Origin: Candidatus Woesebacteria bacterium
GTDB taxonomy: Bacteria; Patescibacteriota; Microgenomatia; UBA8517
Assembly: GCA_016926185.1 (NCBI GenBank)
Contig: JAFGPD010000042.1
Location: forward strand, 1,985-65,984
Direction of reading: 5' to 3'
Length of the DNA stretch: 64,000 bases
The notes beneath the pieces were generated by a model. It ran no database searches. It was given only the letters and a program-made list of their open reading frames with translations, and was not told the origin of the DNA. This document shows, one piece after another, positions 1 through 7,918 of this stretch; positions within the stretch are counted from its first letter, which is position 1, and the number at the start of each line of letters is the position of its first letter. Both the position numbers and the translations under genes were made by a program.

Positions 1-10
1 ACACGAAACT

Positions 11-1303
11 GTGGAGAACTGGGAGTTTAATCAGCGTTACAACGGAAGATTCACCCAACTAATATCAGAAGGTCTTGATCTTCCAGTTATTGTGACAGTT
101 GCCGGTTTTGATTCACAGGCTGGTGAAAGTGATCATGGTGTCGGTTGGCAGGGAACAATTGAACCTATGGATTATGTTGATATGCTATTAGAATACCAAT
201 CTGCCGCAAAAGCTGCAGGCGCTGTTGGAATATCAGTATTTCAGCTCGGATTGAGTGGAGAATGGGAAAGCTATGATATTACTCCCCTTCTTGATCTGGC
301 TGTTGATTGTGAAAGCACTAGCCAGATCCCTGTTGGCTCTTATTATTCAAGATATTTGGATGTAACAAAAACTGCAATATCTACAGATGGCAGTTTCAGT
401 CCTTTTGAGAATTCTGATCTTAGAACAACTGAAAACGGTCTTATTATCCAATACACGATCACTCTCAGAGCGCGTGATGATGTTATATCGGCAATAAGGT
501 TCTCTGATTCCTGTTCTGTTATACAAGAGTCAGGAACCGGATCATGTCCAGAATCAGACCCTGTAGTCAATAATCCCGACCCTCAAATGACTTTAACTCC
601 AGGTGATGACCCTTATCAATTCACTTATACAAGAACTTATACTGATAGTGCACAGTACCGTGATGCATGGGTTGGTGATATTGTCAGAGTAACATTCAAT
701 ACCCCTGACAGAAATAATCAAGATGCATTCGCAAGTGCATCTATAAGGGTAGGAGACCCGCCAAACTTCTGCCCAAACGGCTGGCCTGTAGCTAATTCAG
801 GACCAAGTTATCATTTAAATCAAGGAGCATATGGTACATTTAGCCATGACAATCTTGAAGCTATAGACTTGGGTATTCCTTTAGGGACACCTATTTACGC
901 CACTCATCGCGGTTTGGTTGAAACTGGTGATAACGGGAATAGTGGTTATGGAAGATATGTTACTATTACTTCCACATGCGAAGGAAGAGAAGTCAGAAGC
1001 ATTTATGGACATCTTGACTCAATTGTTGTTCCAGCAGGAACTATAATTGAACAAGGAACGAGAATAGGACTGTCAGGACATACTGGTTATTCTACTGGAC
1101 CACATCTTCATTATGAATTCAGGTATCGCAATGGGGGTTCATGGATGCCCGCAGGAGGACGCGGAAACACTTGGATAAATAACCCTCCTTATATGATGCC
1201 TGCAGTACCACCAAGCTCGCTAGGAACACCATTTTTTGTTACCAAACCATTACCTAGAGAGTGTACATCATTCACAGGTTGCGGTTCTGTTTCTGTTCCA
1301 TAA
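11..1303 (+). CDS. M23-family metallopeptidase-domain protein; the frame is open back to the window edge, so it may be 5'-partial
   Basis: C-terminal HDNLEAID ... GHTGYSTGPHLHYEF (HxxxD / HxH signatures of M23/LytM peptidases). The N-terminal ~250 aa are unrecognised. GTG start at 11 with no upstream stop. Confidence 0.6.
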   Translation: MENWEFNQRYNGRFTQLISEGLDLPVIVTVAGFDSQAGESDHGVGWQGTIEPMDYVDMLLEYQSAAKAAGAVGISVFQLGLSGEWESYDITPLLDLAVDCESTSQIPVGSYYSRYLDVTKTAISTDGSFSPFENSDLRTTENGLIIQYTITLRARDDVISAIRFSDSCSVIQESGTGSCPESDPVVNNPDPQMTLTPGDDPYQFTYTRTYTDSAQYRDAWVGDIVRVTFNTPDRNNQDAFASASIRVGDPPNFCPNGWPVANSGPSYHLNQGAYGTFSHDNLEAIDLGIPLGTPIYATHRGLVETGDNGNSGYGRYVTITSTCEGREVRSIYGHLDSIVVPAGTIIEQGTRIGLSGHTGYSTGPHLHYEFRYRNGGSWMPAGGRGNTWINNPPYMMPAVPPSSLGTPFFVTKPLPRECTSFTGCGSVSVP

Positions 1304-1315
1304 TATAATATAGCC

Positions 1316-2323
1316 ATGGATAAAAGAAAAAAAATAATAATATCAATACTACTCTTAATGCTGCTTTTTGCTCCTATTGTTTTTTATTTACTAACCAGTA
1401 AAAAAACACCACAAATAACCCCTGAAAGACAAAAGCCAATTTCAATTCCAACCATTCCCGATAATATAAATCAACAAAGCTATAAGATCAATTTTAAAGT
1501 AAAAGAAGAGTCTTTTGATTTTCCAGAAAAGATCAATATTTTTACTTACGAACCACAAAAAATTGATGAACAAGAACTCGGTGATATCGCACAAAATCTG
1601 TCATTTACCGGAGAACCAATAATAGAAGACGATTATTACGATGGCAAAATTATTCTATATGTAAATGACCAAACTTACTTAACCTCCTCTGTCGAAATTG
1701 GTGAAATAAGGTATGGTCTACAAAATTTTCCAACTATCAATACCAAAATAGATGATCAGGAAATTGTACAAAACGCAATTGATTTCCTGCAGTCAAATAA
1801 TTTCACTAATTCTGAAGAAAATATTATTACAAGCATTAATTATTATAAAATTGCACCAACTAGGGTAGATTTTGAAGCTGCTAATAGCGAGAATGCCGAT
1901 ATAATTCAAGTTAATTTCACTCCTAACATTTCCGAATACCCAATTATTGATCTTAATCCTGAAAAAACTATGACATATGTCCAGGTAATGGCGGACGGAA
2001 AAATATATAGTGCAAACACCACACGACTGGATTCTATTAAAACATCTCAAGAAGTAAGTCTTAAAAACTTCCAAGAAGTAAAGAAAAGTATAAATGATTC
2101 TACAATAATATCCATAAATAATGGGATTACATATCTTGAATCAATCCCAGAAAATACTATACAAAGTATAGAAATTGACAAGATAGATCTCGCATATTTT
2201 CAAGCCTCACAAAAAGAAAGTATCATCCAGCCAATATTTTTACTTGAAGGGACTGTTACAATATCCACTAGACAAGATCCTTTACCAATAGTTCTATATC
2301 TTCCTGCTATCTCTGGAAATTAA
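1316..2323 (+). CDS. hypothetical protein with N-terminal membrane anchor
   Basis: 335-aa ORF with a hydrophobic segment IIISILLLMLLFAPIVFYLL near the N-terminus. No recognisable domain. Overlaps the dnaN stop by 4 nt (convergent). Confidence 0.4.
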   Translation: MDKRKKIIISILLLMLLFAPIVFYLLTSKKTPQITPERQKPISIPTIPDNINQQSYKINFKVKEESFDFPEKINIFTYEPQKIDEQELGDIAQNLSFTGEPIIEDDYYDGKIILYVNDQTYLTSSVEIGEIRYGLQNFPTINTKIDDQEIVQNAIDFLQSNNFTNSEENIITSINYYKIAPTRVDFEAANSENADIIQVNFTPNISEYPIIDLNPEKTMTYVQVMADGKIYSANTTRLDSIKTSQEVSLKNFQEVKKSINDSTIISINNGITYLESIPENTIQSIEIDKIDLAYFQASQKESIIQPIFLLEGTVTISTRQDPLPIVLYLPAISGN

Positions 2324-3435
2324 GACGTAAGTCTTACAGGCATGATCAAATGCAAGAAGTCCTTATCTTCCGGGTCCCTGAAAACTCCCGGTGAGTTAAC
2401 TTCATCAAATTCAATATCCACACTCTCCCCTTCTACACTTCCCAGAAAATCCTCAATGAACTTATAATTAAATGCAATTGTAAAACCATCTTTGCCAATA
2501 TCACCTTTCACTTTTGCATCAATCTTCGTTTTCTGACTTCCGCTTTTACTGCTTTCAGAGGTGACAGTCAAACCATCTTTCTCTACAAGAAGTTTTATTG
2601 TGTTGGCACTGTCCCGGGCAAACACTCCTGCTAATCTCATAGCCTGGGAAAGATCAGACTTTGCTAAATTAATTTTGATTTTATTTTCTTTGGGAATGAT
2701 CTTTTCATAATCCGGAAAATTGCCTTCAATAATTCGTGAAGCCAATACTACATCCTCTATCCCGAAAACGACCTGACTATCTTTTTTGATGAAATTCAAA
2801 CCAATATTTTCTTCGTCAGAGCTTATTCTAGTTATTTCTACCAGAGCAGTCTTAGGCAAAATCAGGCTTTGCTGATCTGATGTGTTATCCGCAATTATTG
2901 ACTTAGTTGACAATCTAAATCCATCCGTTGCAACAAAAGTCAGTTTCTTTTTATCAAACTTCACTAAAACACCAGTCAAAACAGGCCTTGTCTCATCATT
3001 AGAAGCAGCATAAAGGACTTTTTGGAGAGTGTTTATCAAAGTCTCTCTGTCCAAACTTGTCATATTTTTTCCTACTGTCTGCACAACAGCAGGAAAATCT
3101 GATGAATTCATTGCAGATATATTTGAACTAAAATGATCAGAGTTTATTTTGACCCTTTCTTTTTTACTTTCCAGCTCTATTGTTGATGGTGAAAGATTGA
3201 CAACAAGGTCACTTAATGTCTTTGCAGGTATTGTGATCTCTCCTTCTTCCGAAACATCCGCTCCTATTGAAACAGATACTGAAAGCTCCAAATTGGTTGC
3301 GGAAAGCAGCAAACTTTCCTTTTCCGCTTTAAGTAGAATATTGCCCAAAACCGGAAGCTGTGCTTTTGAACTGGCAAAACGTGAAGTAAGAGAAACAGCC
3401 TGTTTTAAGTTTTCCTGAAGTACTTTTAATTTCAT
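2320..3435 (-). CDS. dnaN: DNA polymerase III beta sliding clamp
   Basis: Length and N-terminus (MKLKVLQENLKQAVSLTSRFASSKAQLPVLGNILLKA) are typical of DnaN. It sits immediately downstream of dnaA. Start trimmed to the internal MKLKV rather than the ORF-track start. Confidence 0.85.
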   Translation of the reverse strand: MKLKVLQENLKQAVSLTSRFASSKAQLPVLGNILLKAEKESLLLSATNLELSVSVSIGADVSEEGEITIPAKTLSDLVVNLSPSTIELESKKERVKINSDHFSSNISAMNSSDFPAVVQTVGKNMTSLDRETLINTLQKVLYAASNDETRPVLTGVLVKFDKKKLTFVATDGFRLSTKSIIADNTSDQQSLILPKTALVEITRISSDEENIGLNFIKKDSQVVFGIEDVVLASRIIEGNFPDYEKIIPKENKIKINLAKSDLSQAMRLAGVFARDSANTIKLLVEKDGLTVTSESSKSGSQKTKIDAKVKGDIGKDGFTIAFNYKFIEDFLGSVEGESVDIEFDEVNSPGVFRDPEDKDFLHLIMPVRLTS

Positions 3436-3471
3436 TTTCCTCTCAAGTATATCAGATTCTATCACAAACAA

Positions 3472-3691
3472 ATCAATTGTTTAAAATCTATTTGTCTGAA
3501 TGGTTTTTAAAATCTTTGAAATTAGTATATTAAATATAGTAGTACTAGTAGTAGGCAATGTTGATAAGTGGAAAACCGAGCGTAAGTGAGCTTAAATTAA
3601 AATGTTAATAAGCAAGTATAGTAATTGTGAATAAAAATGTGGATAACTAAGCAAAAATTGTTGATAAGTGCGTAAGTGGGCAATTTTATCC
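3472..3691. promoter_or_regulatory. dnaA-dnaN intergenic origin-like AT-rich region with DnaA boxes
   Basis: TGTGAATAA (3626-3634) and TGTGGATAA (3638-3646) are reverse complements of TTATNCACA. A two-part motif GTTGATAAGTG...CGTAAGTG occurs twice (~3557-3588 and ~3657-3677). The region is AT-rich. Confidence 0.5.
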
Positions 3692-5065
3692 TCAAAGCAT
3701 ATTTTTTATCCCCCGAATATCCTGACGTATGTTGATATCCTCTGAAGCTATGGTAGTGATCTTGTCCACAGCATGCATTACTGTTGTATGGTCTCTTCCT
3801 CCAACTATTCTGCCTACTTCCTGCAGGGGTAGTGACAACTCAGTTCTTAAAAGATACATCAGAATTTGTCTGGGTCTTGCCACTGGTCTTGAGCGGGATG
3901 TGCCTAACAGTTTTCTTTTACCCAATGAAAAGTATTTTGATACAGCATCAACAAGATCATTGGGATTTGATTTAATAGTGTGACCATTACCATCGGAATT
4001 TTTTCCCATAAGATTCTCTATCAAGCCTTTATCAATGGCTTTATTTTTCAGCTTCGCCTCAGACATAAGCCTTGTCAGAAAGCCCTCGATTTTTCTGGCT
4101 GAATCGACGCTGCCAGCTATTAGTTGAACATAGTCCATATCAATTTCCAGTCCCCTTTCTTGTGATTTTATCTGTACTATTGCGCATCTTAGCTCAAAGT
4201 CTGGCGGTGCAATGTCAACGATAAGGCCTGCTTCGAACCTGCTTCTTAATCTTTCTTCAAGTTTTGATATTTCTGAAGGAGGTCTGTCGCTTGTCATAAT
4301 TATTTGGCTTCCACTGCCAACAAGGGCATTGAATGTATGAAAAAACTCCTCCTGTACAGCATCTTTTCCAGCAATGAATTGGATGTCATCTATCAGAAGA
4401 GCATCAAGCATTCTATATTTGTCACGGAAAAGTTTTGTAGATTTATTTCTTATGCCTTCGACAATGTCATTGGTAAATTCCTCACCTGTGCAGCAAAGAA
4501 TACTTGCCCCCTCTTTCGATTTGAGAATAGATCTTCCTACTGCACTCATAAGATGTGTTTTACCCACTCCTACCCCGCCCCAGATGAACATTGGGTTATA
4601 AGCGGTGCCGGGATTTTTTTTGACAGCTTCTGCTGCTGCCCAAGCCATTTGATTTGATGAGCTGACTGCAAAATTTTTAAATGTAAAACCAGGTCTAATT
4701 CTTGATTTGGCAAGTTTCTCTTTAAACTCTTCTTTGTTTATTTTTTTAGCACTAAACAAAGGTGAAGGATCCGACAATTTTTGGGATACTTTTTGGGGAA
4801 TTTGCTTGATAGAGAAGATGATGTCTGTGGGTTTTCCTAGGACTTTGCTTAGAACGTCTTGAATAAGTCCAAAGTATCTTGATTCGATTGTCGATTTTAC
4901 GAAACTTGAATTACAACCGATATTGGCGATATATCTTTTGTCAGTTTCTTTCAATTCGAAAAGATGTGTTTGAACGAACCATGTTGAAAATATCGCAGGA
5001 GAAACAGAAACCTTGATGCTTTTCAGGCTTTTTTTCCAAATATCTTTTTTATCCTCGGAAGACAT
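3692..5065 (-). CDS. dnaA: chromosomal replication initiator DnaA
   Basis: AAA+ Walker A GGVGVGKTHLM, Walker B LLIDDIQF, and the C-terminal DNA-binding helix region (RPRQILMYLLRTELSLPLQEVGRIVGGRDHTTVMHAVDKI). Start trimmed to MSSEDKK (ATG complement at 5063-5065). Confidence 0.9.
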   Translation of the reverse strand: MSSEDKKDIWKKSLKSIKVSVSPAIFSTWFVQTHLFELKETDKRYIANIGCNSSFVKSTIESRYFGLIQDVLSKVLGKPTDIIFSIKQIPQKVSQKLSDPSPLFSAKKINKEEFKEKLAKSRIRPGFTFKNFAVSSSNQMAWAAAEAVKKNPGTAYNPMFIWGGVGVGKTHLMSAVGRSILKSKEGASILCCTGEEFTNDIVEGIRNKSTKLFRDKYRMLDALLIDDIQFIAGKDAVQEEFFHTFNALVGSGSQIIMTSDRPPSEISKLEERLRSRFEAGLIVDIAPPDFELRCAIVQIKSQERGLEIDMDYVQLIAGSVDSARKIEGFLTRLMSEAKLKNKAIDKGLIENLMGKNSDGNGHTIKSNPNDLVDAVSKYFSLGKRKLLGTSRSRPVARPRQILMYLLRTELSLPLQEVGRIVGGRDHTTVMHAVDKITTIASEDINIRQDIRGIKNML

Positions 5066-5099
5066 AGAATATATACAATTAAAAAAACAATGGACAGAA

Positions 5100-5270
5100 G
5101 AACACCTGCATATTAAGAAAGTTATCCACAATAAGTCAACCCCAAAAAACAACGAACATCTCGTCTTGTGATATTTTAGATTGAAAATATAATTGTTATC
5201 AGTTAAACTACTCACCTAGGAAGTGATAAATGAACTCTGTCTCCAACGGCAGTTGTGATAAAATACTTAT
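5100..5270. promoter_or_regulatory. dnaA / rpmH divergent promoter region with a perfect DnaA box
   Basis: TTATCCACA at 5122-5130 matches the DnaA-box consensus perfectly. It lies between the divergent dnaA and rpmH starts. Confidence 0.45.
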
Positions 5271-5411
5271 ATGTCAACGAAAAGAACATATCAACCAAGT
5301 AAAAGAAAAAGAAAAAGAAAACACGGTTTTAGGAAAAGGAATGAAACTAAAGATGGTAAAAAAGTGTTGAAAAGAAGAAGACAAAAAGGTCGAAAAAAGA
5401 CCAATGTGTAA
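5271..5411 (+). CDS. rpmH: 50S ribosomal protein L34
   Basis: Hand translation of the + strand gives [46 protein letters not shown], the L34 signature. It is shorter than the 60-aa cutoff of the ORF track. Confidence 0.85.
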   Translation: MSTKRTYQPSKRKRKRKHGFRKRNETKDGKKVLKRRRQKGRKKTNV

Positions 5412-5423
5412 ACGTATTAAAAG

Positions 5424-5774
5424 ATGCTTGCCGCAAAATTTAGAATAAAAGACTCCGAGCTTATTCAGAAAGTGAAAAAACAAGGCAAGTTGTTCCGGTC
5501 GGAAAATTTGGCTATTTCGTATCTAAAGGCGCAACAGGAAGAAAGCAATTTTGCTTTTATTATATCCAAAAGTATTTCCAAAAATGCCACTCAGAGAAAT
5601 AGGATAAAAAGGGTTTTAAGTGAGGCGGTTAGACAAAATCAAAGCTACATTAAAAAAGGTTATTATATGATCTTTTTACCAAAAGCTTCGATCATCAGAA
5701 AAGAAACGAGGGATATAATGAACGAAGTGATGAATGCTTTGAAAAAGGCTGATCTGGTCAAAAGAGCAGATTAA
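5424..5774 (+). CDS. rnpA: ribonuclease P protein component
   Basis: 116-aa basic protein directly after rpmH, in the conserved rpmH-rnpA arrangement. Confidence 0.8.
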   Translation: MLAAKFRIKDSELIQKVKKQGKLFRSENLAISYLKAQQEESNFAFIISKSISKNATQRNRIKRVLSEAVRQNQSYIKKGYYMIFLPKASIIRKETRDIMNEVMNALKKADLVKRAD

Positions 5775-5775
5775 G

Positions 5776-6018
5776 ATGACAAGATTAATAAAACTTATTG
5801 TGATATTATTTCTAAGGTTATATAAATTAGTGATATCTAATTACTTGAGGACTATTTTGGGTAATGGATGTAGATATGACAAAAGCTGTAGCGAATTTGC
5901 AATAGAAGCTATAAGTGAAAAAGGTTTGGTAAAAGGAGTAAAGCTTTCATTAAAGAGGTTTTTCAGCTGTCAGCCTTTTTCAAATAGATATTATGCTAAT
6001 TTATCCGACATCAAATAG
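5776..6018 (+). CDS. yidD: membrane protein insertion efficiency factor YidD
   Basis: LYKLVISNYL...CRYDKSCSEFAIEAISEKGLVKGVKLSLKRFFSCQPFS matches the YidD conserved Cys pattern. Position between rnpA and yidC. Confidence 0.8.
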   Translation: MTRLIKLIVILFLRLYKLVISNYLRTILGNGCRYDKSCSEFAIEAISEKGLVKGVKLSLKRFFSCQPFSNRYYANLSDIK

Positions 6019-6029
6019 AAGATAAGAAT

Positions 6030-6884
6030 ATGTTCAAAATATTGTTTTCTCAACCCCTTGCCAACGGACTTGTGCTTTTTTACAAAGTGCTTGGTGAGAA
6101 TATGGGATTTGCCATCATTTTCTTCAGCTTGTTTTTAAGATTCATTCTTTATCCTTTGACAAAGCCTTACATGGACTCGATGAAGAAGATGAAAAAATAT
6201 ACACCTCAGCTTGAAAAGATAAAAAACAAATATAAAGATGATAAACTAAAACAGGCTCAGGCTCAGGCGGATTTTTATAAAGAGAAGGGAATAAAACCGG
6301 GTGCCGGTTGTTTGCCGTATCTTTTGCAAATAGTTATTCTGATAGCTTTTTTCAGAGTGTTCACGACAGCATTGTCTTCAAATGTCGATCCAACTTCTGC
6401 GTTTAACGAACTTTTATATGAACCTCTTAAGTTTTCTGATGGTGCAACTATCAATACTAAGTTTCTCTCAACAAGTTTTTACACAATTGATATTTCCAAA
6501 CCTGATGTTTTTAATATTTCATGGCTGCCATTCCCAATACCTGGACCACTTCTTATAATAACGGCATTGGTACAGATGATCTCGTCTAAAATAATGATGC
6601 CTTACGAAAAAACATCAGAGAAGGTTGCTGAAAAAACAGAGGGTGTAGGTGATGATTTTCAAACAGCAATGCAGAAATCAATGGTTTATACATACCCTTT
6701 TATAACCCTGGTTATTGGAGTTAGATTTCAATCAGGACTGGCATTATATTGGTTGGTATTTTCACTCTCGCAAGCATTTATTCAACTAAGGAATCAAGGG
6801 TTGGGAGGATTAGAGCCTTTTGCAAAGAGACTTGGTCTGGTAAAATCAGAATCCGAGGACAGAAAAAATAAAAGGAAAAAATGA
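6030..6884 (+). CDS. yidC: membrane protein insertase YidC (short form)
   Basis: Multi-pass membrane protein with a basic C-terminal tail (RKNKRKK). Conserved position downstream of yidD. Confidence 0.8.
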   Translation: MFKILFSQPLANGLVLFYKVLGENMGFAIIFFSLFLRFILYPLTKPYMDSMKKMKKYTPQLEKIKNKYKDDKLKQAQAQADFYKEKGIKPGAGCLPYLLQIVILIAFFRVFTTALSSNVDPTSAFNELLYEPLKFSDGATINTKFLSTSFYTIDISKPDVFNISWLPFPIPGPLLIITALVQMISSKIMMPYEKTSEKVAEKTEGVGDDFQTAMQKSMVYTYPFITLVIGVRFQSGLALYWLVFSLSQAFIQLRNQGLGGLEPFAKRLGLVKSESEDRKNKRKK

Positions 6885-7354
6885 GCAAATTAGAAGAAAA
6901 TAAAAACGTAGTGGAAGAAATATTTAAGGAACTATCAGGGAAGATAGGTCTTGAAGTGTCATACGAAGTTGTTGTTGATGAAGAAAACGAAGCAATAAAA
7001 ATTGAAATAGAAGCGGGAGATCAGGCAGGTCTTTTAATAGGTAACCGAGGAGAGACTTTATATTCACTGCAAACAGTTATTGGTATGATCGTGATGAACA
7101 AAATTGGAGAATGGGTGAGGATAATCATTAATGTTGATGATTGGCGTGACAGACAAGAGGAAAGGTTAGAAGGTTTAGCGACTCAAACTGCGGAAAGAGC
7201 ATTGGAAACTGGTGAGGAGCAGAGACTATATAATCTTAAAGCTTCTCAAAGAAGAATTATCCATATGGCACTCAAGGAAAATAAAAAAGTCGAAACAGAA
7301 TCAAGCGGTGAAGGCAGAGACAGGTATTTGGTTATCCGCCCCAAGAAAAAATAA
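6881..7354 (+). CDS. jag: Jag/KhpB-like RNA-binding protein (KH/R3H)
   Basis: 157 aa, start overlaps the yidC stop (ATGA). It follows yidC as jag does in many bacteria. An R3H-like segment is present (NLKASQRRIIHMAL). Confidence 0.65.
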   Translation: MSKLEENKNVVEEIFKELSGKIGLEVSYEVVVDEENEAIKIEIEAGDQAGLLIGNRGETLYSLQTVIGMIVMNKIGEWVRIIINVDDWRDRQEERLEGLATQTAERALETGEEQRLYNLKASQRRIIHMALKENKKVETESSGEGRDRYLVIRPKKK

Positions 7355-7361
7355 GCTCCAG

Positions 7362-7787
7362 ATGACAAAGCAGATATCAATATATAGTGACGGTGGTTCA
7401 AGAGGGAATCCAGGCCCTGCGGCGTTTGCGTTTGTTGTCATTAAAAATAGAGAAATGATACATAAAGTTTCAAGGTATTTAGGTAAGACAACCAATAACG
7501 TTGCTGAATATAAAGGTGCAAGAGAAGCAATGAGATGGATACAAAAAAATAAAGAGGAAGTTAAAGGATATGAGATCGATCTATATTTTGACTCGCAGCT
7601 TGTAGTGAAACAGCTGACAGGTGAATATAAAATAAAAGATAAGAAATTAATTCCTCTTGCAAGTGAAATTAAGAAGATGGAAAAAGATATTGACAATAAA
7701 ATTTTTTACCATTTTGTGAGGAGAGAAAAAAATAAACTTCCTGACGAACTTCTAAACGAAAAGCTTGACGCGGTGTTATCAAAGTGA
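7362..7787 (+). CDS. rnhA: ribonuclease HI
   Basis: MTKQISIYSDGGSRGNPGPAAFAFVV ... NNVAEYKGAREAMRW ... YFDSQLVVKQLTGEYK matches the RNase H catalytic core (DGG, E, D). The ORF-track upstream extension is in the Jag frame, so the start was moved to the ATG at 7362. Confidence 0.8.
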   Translation: MTKQISIYSDGGSRGNPGPAAFAFVVIKNREMIHKVSRYLGKTTNNVAEYKGAREAMRWIQKNKEEVKGYEIDLYFDSQLVVKQLTGEYKIKDKKLIPLASEIKKMEKDIDNKIFYHFVRREKNKLPDELLNEKLDAVLSK

Positions 7788-7918
7788 TGAAAACTTCATT
7801 TCTTTCATGTAACCGAAATTTATTTTGATTCCTTCAGATTGGGAGAAAAAATACCCCGAAGGTGTGAAGAAAATATTTCAATTGAAATACGATTTTACAT
7901 GGACTAGCATTAGTTAAG

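Noticed and set aside
4304-4657. 117-aa and 75-aa plus-strand ORFs inside dnaA
   Set aside because: They are antisense to a highly conserved dnaA AAA+ region with no independent signal. This is a typical spurious antisense ORF.
5274-5483. 69-aa minus-strand ORF in the ORF track overlapping the dnaA-rnpA gap
   Set aside because: The plus strand at 5271-5411 encodes a textbook ribosomal protein L34 ([43 protein letters not shown]). The minus-strand ORF is a low-complexity antisense artefact.
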